A stretch of DNA of 64,000 nt from an uncultured Acidobacteriota bacterium. Lineage in GTDB: Bacteria; Acidobacteriota; Terriglobia; UBA7540. The first letter of the stretch is position 1; every line of letters starts with the position of its first letter. The stretch lies in the NCBI GenBank assembly GCA_963804995.1, contig CAWDSK010000001.1, positions 371,305-435,304 on the forward strand. Reading direction: 5' to 3'. Made by a program: the position numbers and the translations under genes. Positions 27,118 to 36,512 of the stretch are shown here, piece after piece. The notes under the pieces were generated by a model, which was given only the letters and a program-made list of their open reading frames with translations, searched no databases and was not told where the DNA came from.

Positions 27118-29907
27118 TCACCATTCGAACTCAACGCGAGTCCTCCGGACGGAAAACTCCCCGTAAGGCGCAACCCGCAGAGTGCGCAGGTGGCGGGGTT
27201 GGTCCGTGTAGGGCAGGACAAAGGAGAGAAGGTTCTTCGTCCCGGCCGGAGAGAGATAGGAGTCGGGAAGATAGAACTCCTTCTGGGGGCCGACGGTAAC
27301 AAAGCGCCCCACGAATTTTCCGTTCAAATAAATCAGCGCGTCGCAGTCAGCGTCAAAGACCACCTTCCAAGGCACTATCCAGCCCTCCGCCAATGCGGGG
27401 AGCTCGAATTCCGCCCGGCCCCACGTAAAGGACGGAACCGCCCCCGGGTTTGTCCCTGCGCCCAGGAACGATGCTGGGGTCCAGGCCCCGAAGGCCGGGT
27501 CAAGCTCACGCCCTCGCATCGGCGCGGCGAATCGCTGAACCTGCCAACTCGTGAGATCTTTGGCGGAGGGAAGGCCGGCCCCCACGCCTACCGATCGGAG
27601 TCCTTTCAACTCGCCCAGGTTCTCCCCACCGTTGGGAGCGCCGAAAAGTTCGTAGGAGATTTCCAGAAGGTTGTTCCCCGGCTGGGCGTAATTGGCAATG
27701 GCAAAATCGACTTCCTTTTCCGTGTTTGAGGCTTCAGCCACAAATCTGCCGTTGATGAAGACTTTCTTTGCGTCGTTGGCCAGGGCCGAGATGAACATCC
27801 TGGACTCTGCGCTGGAACTGAACTGGGCCCGGTACTTAACGTAACCATAAGGCACTGGACCCAGATCCTCCAGAGCATGCAAGGGTCCGGTCAGCCAGGC
27901 GCCCGCGCTGGGATCAAACTTCTCAACCCAGGCGCTTCCCTCATTCAAATTGATGGGCGCGTAAGGCAAATGGGGTGTCGAGACATGGAGGTGCGCGGTG
28001 TGCCAGGGTCGATCGTATCCGAAATCCGTGAGGACGTTGTCGATACGGCATTTCGAAGGACGCGGGGGAAGCATTATTTCGATATCGTGTTCCCCGGGAA
28101 GAAAGTCCAAATCCATCCAGGCTCGCGACTTGAAAGTGCCCGACCCCGCCAGCGCGTAAGCGTCGCTCATGACGGGCGCGGCCACGGTTTTGGTTTCCTC
28201 TGAGCCGGGAATGATCTTAGGAGGAAACTCCCAGATGAACGTGTGCAGAGCTTTCTCCCGCGGCAGAACGATAAGCTGCAGTTGGTCGAAGTACATGAGC
28301 ATCTTCGGTTTCGGTCCGACCTGCACGCCGAAAACCGAGGATTCGTACTCCTCATCCCAATACTGATAGACCGTCTCACCTTCCAGCCGGGGTTCCTTCT
28401 CCGTGCCGAGACTGATTTCCGCGACACGTCCGGGTGTGTCATAAAGGATCAGGAAGTCGCGGTCGAGGTTGACGCCGTGGGCTAACACTTCCGCCGTGGA
28501 GTAGCACAGCCTTGCCCCGCTGACCGGGATCTGCACGGGCAGCATCTTCATCTCGCGTGCGCCCAGCTCCAATTGGCCCTCGCGTGGCGCCACAATCTTG
28601 CGCTGGCTGGGGCTATGCGGGTCAGTAAAGGTCATCTTAAATTGCTGCAGCGCGTTCGAGTTCTCGCGCACGAAGACTACACCGGCTGCCCCGTTGGCGC
28701 GTTCGCTTACACTGACGTTCGAATTCGTCGATTGCGATCCCTCTAGCTGCTGAGCGCGGGTCAACACGTTACCGAACACCCGCAGGGATTGGCAGATGGC
28801 ACGGGCTGCGTAGAACTTTTCCCACAGCCCGCCCGGTTCACGGATGGGCGCGGCATAGTCATAAGTCGTGGTAAGGGTCTTCGCGGCCCAGTCGAAATTT
28901 GTGCCGCCGAAGCCCATGTAGTAGCTGAAGGAGGTGACGCCCAGCTCTAGCGCAGTCTTGGTGACCATATTGATCTGCGCGCCGTCGACACCCTCTTGAT
29001 CCACGGAAAGCTTGTCGCCGAACTGGCTGAACCACCCGCCCTGGAGTTCGCTGATCGCCACAGGTGAGGAGGGTTCCTCCCGGCGCAACTTCTGCAGCGC
29101 CGGCGTGAGTTCATCCACAATCTTCCAGCGCGGATAAAAATTGCACGTGTCCATGATCCGCGCCATGTCGGGGTCAGTGTTCTCGCGCGCCTGCTTCGTC
29201 CAGCAGGTGATCACCGGTACATCGATGCCGGCGTTCCACACCATCTGGGCGAGGGCGCGAATGTACTCGCGCTTCTCGGCGTCAGGAATCGGCTCAGAGA
29301 AGTCATACTCATTCTCAACCTGCACCATGATGATCGGACCGCCCATCGTAACCTGGTGCTTCTGGATGATGGGAAGGACCGCGTCATACCAATGCTGGGA
29401 GGTCCGCAGGCTCGCCGGGTGCGGGGTGCGCAGCGGGAACCGTTGGGCAGCCACCCAGGAAGGGAATCCGCCGCGCTCCCATTCCGCGCAGATGTAAGGG
29501 CCGGGGCGCGCGATCAGAAAAAATCCCATCTCGTGAACCAGTTTGATGAAATCTTCAAATTCCGTCAGGTTCACCTTGCCTTCCTGCGGCTCGTGATAGT
29601 TCCAGAACACGTAGGTTTCAATCGTATTGAATCCCGCCAGCTTGAATTTCTGCAAGCGGTCGCGCCACAGGGGTTTGGGGCAACGGGGATAATGAAACGC
29701 GCCGCTCACCACAAACGTATCGCGGTCGTTGATGGTGAAACAATTTGCGTCGTAGCGGATGATATGCGGATTTTGAAACTGCATTTGACCGGCGGCGGGC
29801 AGCCTGGCCGCATAGGTTTGAAGGCCGCCACGGCCCCATCCGTCCAGGCTTGCGGCCAGCGGGACTGTAACCGCGCTGCGAAGGAAATTCCGGCGGGATG
29901 ATTTCAT
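27118..29907 (-). CDS. Glycoside hydrolase family 35 beta-galactosidase, Tat signal
   Basis: AFHYPRCPKPLWRDRLQKFKLAGFNTIETYVFWNYHEP...PGPYICAEWERGGFPSW is a GH35 signature. ATG 29907 opens MKSSRRNFLRSAVTVPLAA. The ORF track starts at TTG 30090. Confidence 0.88.
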   Translation of the reverse strand: MKSSRRNFLRSAVTVPLAASLDGWGRGGLQTYAARLPAAGQMQFQNPHIIRYDANCFTINDRDTFVVSGAFHYPRCPKPLWRDRLQKFKLAGFNTIETYVFWNYHEPQEGKVNLTEFEDFIKLVHEMGFFLIARPGPYICAEWERGGFPSWVAAQRFPLRTPHPASLRTSQHWYDAVLPIIQKHQVTMGGPIIMVQVENEYDFSEPIPDAEKREYIRALAQMVWNAGIDVPVITCWTKQARENTDPDMARIMDTCNFYPRWKIVDELTPALQKLRREEPSSPVAISELQGGWFSQFGDKLSVDQEGVDGAQINMVTKTALELGVTSFSYYMGFGGTNFDWAAKTLTTTYDYAAPIREPGGLWEKFYAARAICQSLRVFGNVLTRAQQLEGSQSTNSNVSVSERANGAAGVVFVRENSNALQQFKMTFTDPHSPSQRKIVAPREGQLELGAREMKMLPVQIPVSGARLCYSTAEVLAHGVNLDRDFLILYDTPGRVAEISLGTEKEPRLEGETVYQYWDEEYESSVFGVQVGPKPKMLMYFDQLQLIVLPREKALHTFIWEFPPKIIPGSEETKTVAAPVMSDAYALAGSGTFKSRAWMDLDFLPGEHDIEIMLPPRPSKCRIDNVLTDFGYDRPWHTAHLHVSTPHLPYAPINLNEGSAWVEKFDPSAGAWLTGPLHALEDLGPVPYGYVKYRAQFSSSAESRMFISALANDAKKVFINGRFVAEASNTEKEVDFAIANYAQPGNNLLEISYELFGAPNGGENLGELKGLRSVGVGAGLPSAKDLTSWQVQRFAAPMRGRELDPAFGAWTPASFLGAGTNPGAVPSFTWGRAEFELPALAEGWIVPWKVVFDADCDALIYLNGKFVGRFVTVGPQKEFYLPDSYLSPAGTKNLLSFVLPYTDQPRHLRTLRVAPYGEFSVRRTRVEFEW

Positions 29908-30096
29908 GCGAGTGACTCCCTTACTTCCAGGTTCGAAGAACGCGTCGCACAAGTTCTGCCACCGGTGCGTGCGACGCGAAACCACCTGAAGAGTTGGAAG
30001 TATAGAAGTGTGCGGGCGCGTCTGCAACCGGTCAGAAACTGAAGCGGGGAAAAGGAAGAGCGGCGCTAAACAGGCTGCGGAAAAACGCAAAGGATA

Positions 30097-30138
30097 ACCA
30101 CCCCGTCGCTCAGCGCGCCACGGAAATCAGGAGGGGAG
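30097..30138. repeat. Repeat family D, partial inverted copy
   Basis: accaccccgtcgctcagcgcgccac...ggaggggag is the reverse complement of the ctcccctcc...gtggcgcgccgagcgacggggtggt unit. Confidence 0.55.
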
Positions 30139-30149
30139 CTTTTACAGAA

Positions 30150-30304
30150 CTCCCCTCCTCAGATGAGGCTGTCTCAAAACTGGCAAATTCACGGTTTTTA
30201 CGACGAATAATCAATAACTTACGCTGTGCAAAAGTCAGAAATACCTAGTTTTGAGACAGCCTCAGATGAGGAGGGGTGGCGCGCCGAGCGACGGGGTGGT
30301 GCTG
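30150..30304. repeat. Repeat family D copy (ctcccctcctcagatgaggaggggtggcgcgccgagcgNcggggtggtg) interrupted by a 91-bp insertion
   Basis: Uninterrupted copies lie at 35288-35340 and 58834-58883. Here the hairpin loop is split at 30168/30169. Confidence 0.7.
30169..30259. mobile_element. 91-bp AT-rich MITE nested in a family-D repeat
   Basis: TIRs are ctgtctcaaaact (30169-30181) and agttttgagacag (30247-30259). It is flanked by the direct duplication cctcagatgagg (30157-30168 and 30260-30271). The empty site is visible in the intact copy at 35288-35340. Confidence 0.6.
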
Positions 30305-30454
30305 ACTCCGGGGTGGTGATGAGCAAGGAATAAAGGGGTGGTTATAGCTTCCCCTTAAGCCCCGGGGTGGTTATCCTGGGCGTCTTTCCACAAGCTCTAA
30401 AGCCACGCCCTTCCGAGGGCCATGAATAATGTCGCCTATTAATGCAGCTAAGCA

Positions 30455-30979
30455 TTAGAAGCGCTTTGCCCGCTTTTGCAGGATCAGGTCGCAGTATGAC
30501 AAGGGGACAATGTGGGCTGAAGAGATGGCGAACAGCGTCTGAAATTTCCTGGCCTGGGCGCGCACCTTCCGGAGATCGCCCGACTTGGTGATAGCTTCCA
30601 CTTCCATAAACTTCCCCAGGCCGCGTACCCGGTCGAGATGAATCTTGACGTTGCCGACGAAATAAATCTCGCGGCGCTTGTCGACCACCGCCAATATTCC
30701 CAGCGCCTGCGCAAGAATCGTCCGCACGGAGTTCCGGCGCGGCAACAGCATCATGTCGATCGTGGAGCGCCGGGCGCGTCGAGTGTTAGTCCGTTTGTAG
30801 AAGATCAGGGCGTTTTCGATCCGTCCTTGTCGCAGCTTCAACCGTCCGGTCGCGACCTGGAAGTAGGTGTCAATCTGATGATCCGTCCCCAGGAACCGCG
30901 CGCGCAGGCGCTTGAGCGTGGAGCGGACGTGGGATTCGTTGTAGAGATAAGCCTTGAATTCGAAGTTGAGGCGTTTCAT
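30455..30979 (-). CDS. CYTH-domain protein (class IV adenylate cyclase / CyaB-like)
   Basis: From ATG 30979: MKRLNFEFKAYL...DTYF...GRLKLRQ...IHLDRVRGLGKFMEVEA. The pattern is EFK near the N-terminus, alternating charged beta strands, and a size of about 174 aa. Confidence 0.7.
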   Translation of the reverse strand: MKRLNFEFKAYLYNESHVRSTLKRLRARFLGTDHQIDTYFQVATGRLKLRQGRIENALIFYKRTNTRRARRSTIDMMLLPRRNSVRTILAQALGILAVVDKRREIYFVGNVKIHLDRVRGLGKFMEVEAITKSGDLRKVRAQARKFQTLFAISSAHIVPLSYCDLILQKRAKRF

Positions 30980-31125
30980 GGGTTCGAATCCTTCAACGGT
31001 TCGGAGCGCTGCCAATCTTCCGCTTGCCATGCCCTGATGTCAAGCGCGCCTCCTGGCAGCAGGTTTTCCGATTCGAGGGTGGGCAAGCCGGGCGAATGGC
31101 GTTATTCTCTCACCACCGCGCCGCG

Positions 31126-31839
31126 ATGAAAACGAAATTGCGAACCCGCTGGAACCTCACGCCGCGGGAGGCCATGCGTCTCCAGGAGAAACTGCGCGAG
31201 TGTGTCGAAAGGGACAACCGCTTCCAAACCATCCGTTATGTCGCCGGAGCGGACCTGGCCTTTGACCCGCAAACCAATTTTGCCTTTGCCGGAGTGATCG
31301 TGTATCAGTTTCCCCAACTCCAGGAGGTGGAGCGGCGTATGGCTCGGCGCAAGCTGCGGTTTCCTTACGTGCCGGGGTTGCTTTCTTTCCGCGAAAGCCC
31401 CGTGCTCCTGGCTGCCTTCGAACGGGTGCGGACCGAAGTAGACCTGATTCTGATCGACGGCCACGGCATCGCACATCCACGCCGCTTCGGGATTGCCTGC
31501 CACCTTGGCCTGCTCTTGGACAAGCCCACCATCGGGTGCGCGAAATCGATCCTGGTGGGCGAGGCAGCGGATTTGCCCGCGCCGGCCGGTTCCACAACTC
31601 CGCTTGTCGACAAAGGTGAGACGGTCGGGATGGTGCTCCGCACGCGCGACAACGTGCAGCCGATCTACGTCACCACGGGGCACTGCGTGTCACTTGAGTC
31701 CGCCGTGTCTATCGTGCGCCAGTGCCTGGATGGATTCCGCATCCCGAAACCGACTCGCGAGGCTGATCACTTCGTGCGCGACCTGCGCCGGGCTTACCAG
31801 CAAAGCCGCTCGCCGAAGCCGTTCGGAACCGCCGGGTGA
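31126..31839 (+). CDS. nfi: Endonuclease V
   Basis: VAGADLAFDP...YVPGLLSFRESPVLLAAF...LILIDGHGIAHPRRFGIACHLGLLLDKPTIGCAK is canonical Nfi. Start is taken at ATG 31126. Confidence 0.88.
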   Translation: MKTKLRTRWNLTPREAMRLQEKLRECVERDNRFQTIRYVAGADLAFDPQTNFAFAGVIVYQFPQLQEVERRMARRKLRFPYVPGLLSFRESPVLLAAFERVRTEVDLILIDGHGIAHPRRFGIACHLGLLLDKPTIGCAKSILVGEAADLPAPAGSTTPLVDKGETVGMVLRTRDNVQPIYVTTGHCVSLESAVSIVRQCLDGFRIPKPTREADHFVRDLRRAYQQSRSPKPFGTAG

Positions 31840-31928
31840 GCCGGGCAGGCTCAATGCTATAATCCGCCGCAGGGGCGCGTAATGAGCAAAACTATCGTGG
31901 CCATCGCTGTGCCCCAGATTTCATCGCC

Positions 31929-32132
31929 ATGTCGGCATTGTCAAAAGAAATTGATCGCGTCGGGCTGTGCGCCACCTGCAAGCAGGCGCGACAAGTGCGT
32001 ACCGACCGGGGTTCCGTCTTTTATCAATGTCAGCGTTCGGCCGTAGACCCGCGCTATCCCAAATACCCCGGCTTGCCGGTTCTCCATTGCCCAGGCCATG
32101 AGTTGAAGGCGAAAGACGAGCAGAAGAACTGA
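31929..32132 (+). CDS. Small Cys-rich conserved hypothetical protein
   Basis: 67 aa with CATCK...YQCQRS...DPRYPKYPGLPVLHCPG. I recall similar small proteins in other phyla; function is unknown. Confidence 0.5.
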   Translation: MSALSKEIDRVGLCATCKQARQVRTDRGSVFYQCQRSAVDPRYPKYPGLPVLHCPGHELKAKDEQKN

Positions 32133-32259
32133 GAAGGCAGAGGGTCGAGCGCCTACCCCTTGGCGGGTTCGACGATTCACCCGCGGACCGTGTAGAATGG
32201 AGGCAGTGGGGTGAACGCGCGGCTGGTCTTAACTTGCTCAAGCTCTGCGGAGGGAAGGA

Positions 32260-32502
32260 ATGAAATTTCCGGTTGAACCTGAAGATGTCAAAGTCTTCCA
32301 TGGACGCAGTACGGGGCTCCAGGTGATGTGCACGTGTGGTTGCATCAACTTTAATTACCTCGATCCCCAGGACACTCTTTGGAGATGCCGGAACTGCGGA
32401 CGGGTTTTGACCAATGACTTCCCTCGTCTGCTGGAGCGGGCCGTGGCCCTTCAGAAACAGGTAACCGCTGATGCTGCGGCGGCTGCGCCTATTCAAAGTT
32501 AG
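32260..32502 (+). CDS. Small zinc-ribbon-like hypothetical protein
   Basis: 80 aa with CTCGC...CRNCG. A GGAGGGAAGGA SD lies directly upstream of the ATG. Confidence 0.5.
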   Translation: MKFPVEPEDVKVFHGRSTGLQVMCTCGCINFNYLDPQDTLWRCRNCGRVLTNDFPRLLERAVALQKQVTADAAAAAPIQS

Positions 32503-32515
32503 GAGGAAGCAACCC

Positions 32516-32995
32516 CTACTTGATGTGGCAACTAGCCAGGCCGCGCTTTTCGAGATACTGCTGGTGATAATCCTCCGCCCGCCAGAACTCCGCAGCCGGA
32601 GTAATCTCCGTCACAATTTTCCGTTTGAAAGTCCCTGACTTATCGAGATTCTCTTTTGACGCTCGGGCCGCCGCTTCCTGCTCCGGGGTATGGAAGAATA
32701 TCGCGGTGCGATATTGTGTGCCGTAGTCGGGGCCCTGCCGGTTGAATTGCGTAGGGTCGTGGGACGCCCAGAAGACCTTCAGGAGATCGGCGTAGGAAAC
32801 CTTGGAGGGGTCGAAGGTGACTTCCACCACTTCCGCATGACCGGTTTGGTCGGTGCAAACGTCGCGATAGGTGGGGTTTTTGAGTTGACCGCCCATGTAA
32901 CCCACGGCGGTCGAAACCACCCCGGGAACCTGGCGGAAGGCCGCCTCCACTCCCCAGAAACATCCGGCTCCGAACGTGGATTTTTCCGTAGCCAT
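32516..32995 (-). CDS. msrA: Peptide-methionine (S)-S-oxide reductase
   Basis: [15 protein letters not shown]...[12 protein letters not shown]...[21 protein letters not shown]. Confidence 0.93.
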   Translation of the reverse strand: MATEKSTFGAGCFWGVEAAFRQVPGVVSTAVGYMGGQLKNPTYRDVCTDQTGHAEVVEVTFDPSKVSYADLLKVFWASHDPTQFNRQGPDYGTQYRTAIFFHTPEQEAAARASKENLDKSGTFKRKIVTEITPAAEFWRAEDYHQQYLEKRGLASCHIK

Positions 32996-33059
32996 GTTTC
33001 CCCCCCTCGATAGGCTTCCTTGGACCTAACCGGCTGTTGAAGAACCCATACGGTGCGAC

Positions 33060-33132
33060 GTAGCGGCGGGTTTACCCCGCCATATGGCGGCGCGAGGCCA
33101 CCGCGAAAATGGCGGGGTAAACCCGCCGCTAC
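33060..33132. repeat. REP-like palindromic element, family B
   Basis: gtagcggcgggtttaccccgccatatggcggcg...cgcgaaaatggcggggtaaacccgccgctac. Confidence 0.75.
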
Positions 33133-33308
33133 GTCGTTTTACATCAGCCTGCTAAGTCTGCGATAGCAAAGTTGTAAACGAGCTCAAGCCCCGTGTATTT
33201 CCTCCGCGGCGTCTGCTCGGCAACCTACGGAGAATCCCCTTCAGTATACCACTCTGTCATACGCATAAAGAGATTCGCGAACTGGGGATAGTGGCTCATT
33301 TTGATGTT

Positions 33309-33351
33309 GTAGCGGCGAGTTTACCTCGCCATATGGCGGCGTTAAGCCGCC
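33309..33351. repeat. REP family B, half element
   Basis: gtagcggcgagtttacctcgccatatggcggcgttaagccgcc. Confidence 0.65.
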
Positions 33352-33435
33352 TCTACCTCAAATTGCACTACTACCAACCGGGGCGGACTTACATTAGAAT
33401 GGCGGGCGGCTACTGCTCCCCCAGGAGGTTCTACG

Positions 33436-34125
33436 ATGGAAGCTTTGCCTGCTCCCGTGCTTGATCGGCTCCGCGAAATCACCAGCCCCACGGTTGCCAA
33501 TGCCATCGAGGTTTTCAATGTGCGACCGCGCAGCCAGGGATTCATGCGTCCGGAAATCCACTGCATTTTCCCCAACCTGGGCGTCATGGTGGGCTACGCG
33601 GTGACCGTCAAGATCCGCGCCGCCTCACCCGGCGCCGCAGGGGCCACCGTTCACCCCAGCGTGCATTGGCAGAAGATTCAGCAGGTGCCCGCCCCGCGCG
33701 TGGTGGTGGTGGAAGACCTGGACGATCCGCCTGGCCTCGGTTCCTTCTGGGGAGAGGTGAACGGCAACCTGCATCGCGCCCTGGGGTGCGTCGGCGTCGT
33801 TACTAATGGCGGGGTTCGCGACCTGGAAGAAGTTCAGGCGCTACGCTTCCATTTTTTCGCGCAGCACATTTCCGTCTCTCACGCCTACGTCCACATTGTG
33901 GAGGCGGGAACTCCGGTGCGCGTTGGCGGCCTGACCGTGCGCCCGGGGGATTTGCTGCACGGGGACCGGCACGGGGTGACCACCATCCCGCTGGATTTGG
34001 CCACCAAGATTCCGGAAGGCGTAGAAACCGTGGCCCGCATGGAACGCGAGCTCATTGCCTATGCGCAATCCCCCGGTTTCACAGTCGAGGGGTTGATAGC
34101 CCTTTGGCGCCGCTTGCGGGGCTGA
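33436..34125 (+). CDS. RraA-family protein (RNase E regulator / HMG-CHA aldolase-like)
   Basis: 229 aa. LREITSPTVANAIE...VVVVEDLDDPPGLGSFWGEVNGNLHRALGCVGVVTNGGVRD is typical of RraA-like proteins. Confidence 0.75.
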   Translation: MEALPAPVLDRLREITSPTVANAIEVFNVRPRSQGFMRPEIHCIFPNLGVMVGYAVTVKIRAASPGAAGATVHPSVHWQKIQQVPAPRVVVVEDLDDPPGLGSFWGEVNGNLHRALGCVGVVTNGGVRDLEEVQALRFHFFAQHISVSHAYVHIVEAGTPVRVGGLTVRPGDLLHGDRHGVTTIPLDLATKIPEGVETVARMERELIAYAQSPGFTVEGLIALWRRLRG

Positions 34126-34191
34126 AGGCGGCAGAGCCGCTGGCCAATTGTCGGAAGCTCGTTGATGATTCGAGAACCCCCTCACGCCTTG

Positions 34192-34221
34192 CCCCTCTGT
34201 CGCCGCGGTGACCGAGGGGGG
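34192..34221. repeat. Hairpin repeat, family H
   Basis: cccctctgtcgccgcggtgaccgagggggg; compare 1280-1305. Confidence 0.5.
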
Positions 34222-34268
34222 AGTTCATTTGGATCTACTCGGATGGGAGGGTCGATTGGGATTCGTAG

Positions 34269-34341
34269 CCCTCGCCCCTTTGGGGGAGAGGGTGGACCGC
34301 AACCGGCGTTTTCATCAGCCGGGGCGGGACGGGTGAGGGGG
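34269..34341. repeat. Repeat family C
   Basis: ccctcgcccctttgggggagagggtggaccgcaaccggcgttttcatcagccggggcgggacgggtgaggggg. Copies lie at 26810-26882 and 48601-48668. Confidence 0.75.
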
Positions 34342-34431
34342 TCGCCCTGAAACAAATTGAAGGTGAGACTTTGTTCGCGAACTTCTGACTCAGGACATTA
34401 GCCAATTCTTCCGCTGAGAGGAGTATTCATT

Positions 34432-35235
34432 ATGCGAAAGTCACTGATAATCTTGACGGGCTGCCTGATGGTAGCGGCGCTTGGGGCGATGCTCGCCACC
34501 ACCCCGATACCCGCAGTTCCCCAGAAGGCAGACCAAGATTGGGAGATTCACGACCGCAATCGCCCCCAGCCACCCGTTGTCACTTCGGGAACGGCCAGCA
34601 CACAGGACAAACCGGGCCTTCCCCCCTCCGACGCCGTCGTTCTGTTTAACGGGAAGGACCTCTCCAACTGGGAGAGTATCAAGGGGGGGCCGGCGTTGTG
34701 GAATGTTGGCAACGGCTATTTTGAAACCGCTGCCAAGACCGGAGATATCCAGACCAAGCAGGCGTTCGGCGATTGTCAATTGCACGTGGAATGGGCCACT
34801 CCCAACCCGCCGCACGGCGAAGATCAGGACCGCGGCAACAGTGGTGTTTTCCTGCAAGGGCTTTACGAGATCCAGGTGCTCGATTCATATCACAGTGTGA
34901 CCTATGCCGATGGACAGGCCGCCGCCGTTTATGGTCAATATCCCCCCTTGGTGAATGCCTCGCGCCCGCCCGGCCAATGGCAAACCTACGACATCATTTT
35001 TCATGGGCCGCGCTTTGACCAGGCCGGGAAAGTATTGCGGCCGGCAACCGTCACCGTAATTCACAACGGCGTGCTGGTTCAGGATCACACCGTGATCATG
35101 GGACCGACCATGCACAAGCAGCGGCCGCCTTATCGCGCCACGCCGGAAAAATTGCCCCTCCGGTTACAGGACCACAACCATCCGGTGCGTTATCGCAACC
35201 TTTGGATCAGGGAGATTCCTGAGGAGAGGCAGTAA
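34432..35235 (+). CDS. DUF1080 (3-keto-disaccharide hydrolase-like) secreted protein
   Basis: Signal peptide, then FNGKDLSNWE...WNVGNGYF...FGDCQLHVEW...NSGVFLQGLYEIQVLDS...QWQTYDIIF...LQDHNHPVRYRNLWIRE. Confidence 0.82.
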   Translation: MRKSLIILTGCLMVAALGAMLATTPIPAVPQKADQDWEIHDRNRPQPPVVTSGTASTQDKPGLPPSDAVVLFNGKDLSNWESIKGGPALWNVGNGYFETAAKTGDIQTKQAFGDCQLHVEWATPNPPHGEDQDRGNSGVFLQGLYEIQVLDSYHSVTYADGQAAAVYGQYPPLVNASRPPGQWQTYDIIFHGPRFDQAGKVLRPATVTVIHNGVLVQDHTVIMGPTMHKQRPPYRATPEKLPLRLQDHNHPVRYRNLWIREIPEERQ

Positions 35236-35287
35236 CTCAAAGCTGTCCAAATTAGCGAGTCCCGCGAGTGGTCAACACGGCGAAAAC

Positions 35288-35340
35288 ACTCCCCTCCTCA
35301 GATGAGGAGGGGTGGCGCGCCGAGCGCCGGGGTGGTGCTG
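35288..35340. repeat. Repeat family D, intact copy
   Basis: actcccctcctcagatgaggaggggtggcgcgccgagcgccggggtggtgctg. Confidence 0.7.
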
Positions 35341-35392
35341 ACATACTGCACAGCCATGGCGTGCCCTCGCTTCTTGGAACCGAGGCACGTCA

Positions 35393-35917
35393 ATGCTCGA
35401 AGACAAACTCGGCAAGAGATATTCCCTGTGGCTAATGCCGAGGGGCGACGTCCACGAACAACTGGCGCGAGTACTTCACGGCTTGGCTGCCCAGTGCGGG
35501 GCGCCGGAATTTCCACCGCACGTCACGCTTCTGGGCAGTATCGTGGGAGAGCGCCGCGAGGTTGTCCGCAAATCCGCGGAACTCGCCACCCTCCTTCATC
35601 CCTTCACGATTCGTCTGGGAAAGATCGATTATCTCGACGCATACTTTCGCTGCCTTTTCGTTCGCGCGGCGGCTACCGCACCGCTTCGGGAGGCTCACCG
35701 CAGCGCGCGGACCCTGTTGGAGCGTCCCCGTGAGCCTGCTTTCATGCCTCACCTGAGTCTCTTGTACGGAAATTTCACCCCAAGTTTTAAGGAAGGCCTG
35801 ATTGCCAAACTAGGCCCGCGGATGGACCTGGAATTCAAGGTGCGGAGCCTCGGCCTTTATTCGACCGACGGTGAGCCGCGCCGGTGGCGCCAGGTGGCAA
35901 CGTTCGGGTTGAAGTGA
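35393..35917 (+). CDS. 2H phosphoesterase superfamily protein (cyclic phosphodiesterase/LigT-like)
   Basis: 174 aa with two H-x-T/S-x motifs, PHVTLLG and PHLSLLY, at the expected spacing. Confidence 0.7.
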   Translation: MLEDKLGKRYSLWLMPRGDVHEQLARVLHGLAAQCGAPEFPPHVTLLGSIVGERREVVRKSAELATLLHPFTIRLGKIDYLDAYFRCLFVRAAATAPLREAHRSARTLLERPREPAFMPHLSLLYGNFTPSFKEGLIAKLGPRMDLEFKVRSLGLYSTDGEPRRWRQVATFGLK

Positions 35918-36036
35918 GGGTAGCGCAGTGCCGCAGGACAGCAAGCAAAACGAAACTCTCTGTGTCCTCTGTGCCTCCCAAGCTTTAACACAGACTACAC
36001 AGAGCAGCTCAGTGACCTCTGTGTGAAAAGCTCTTC

Positions 36037-36182
36037 GGAAACGGTGTCAGCTACCCTTTTCTTTTCAATTACCGAAGCAGGCGGTTCGGTTCGGAGCCCT
36101 GGGTGTCGAAGGCGGTGGCGCAGTTTGGATTGGAAAATCACAACCCCTGGCGCCCCAAAAAGGGTACCTGACACCGTTCTCC
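36037..36182. mobile_element. MITE-like repeat, family E, copy 1 (146 bp)
   Basis: TIRs are ggaaacggtgtcagctaccctttt and aaaagggtacctgacaccgttctcc. The conserved interior is ...agcaggcNgtNcggttcggagccctgggtgtcgaaggcggtggcgcagtttggattggaaaat. It ends 3 nt before the mazF stop codon. Confidence 0.7.
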
Positions 36183-36185
36183 TCC

Positions 36186-36512
36186 TCACTCAAGAATTGT
36201 CCCCACCTTTGCCAGAACCTCGTCCATGATCGCAGCGGGCACGTTTTCCAACTTTCTGCCGTGGCGCGCGCCGAGATCGAGCGCACGCGGCTGGTCGCAG
36301 CGGATAACGCCGGTGGTTTTCGTGCCTGCGCCGGAGAGAGATACCGCAAATCCAGCCGTCCGCGCGAAATTGCCGCCGCTGGTGATGGGGAGGACCACAG
36401 GCACCTTGGTGACTTGGTTAAAGGCATCGGGCGAGATGATCAGGACAGGGCGCCGGCCCTTTTGCTCGTGTCCTTCCGCGGGATCAAGCCCCCAGATTTC
36501 TCCCCTTCTCAT
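36186..36512 (-). CDS. mazF: Type II toxin, MazF/PemK-family endoribonuclease
   Basis: 108 aa, MRRGEIWGLDPAEGHEQKGRRPVLIISPDAFN...VVLPITSGGNFAR...VRCDQPRALD. Its start shares a nucleotide with the upstream antitoxin stop. Confidence 0.88.
   Translation of the reverse strand: MRRGEIWGLDPAEGHEQKGRRPVLIISPDAFNQVTKVPVVLPITSGGNFARTAGFAVSLSGAGTKTTGVIRCDQPRALDLGARHGRKLENVPAAIMDEVLAKVGTILE

Noticed and set aside
30980-30991. A tRNA-like GGGTTCGAATCC (T-loop-like) sequence between the CYTH gene and nfi.
   Set aside because: The flanking bases form at most two or three T-stem pairs. The sequence that would have to supply the D and anticodon arms is the CYTH coding region. No acceptor stem or CCA context could be built.
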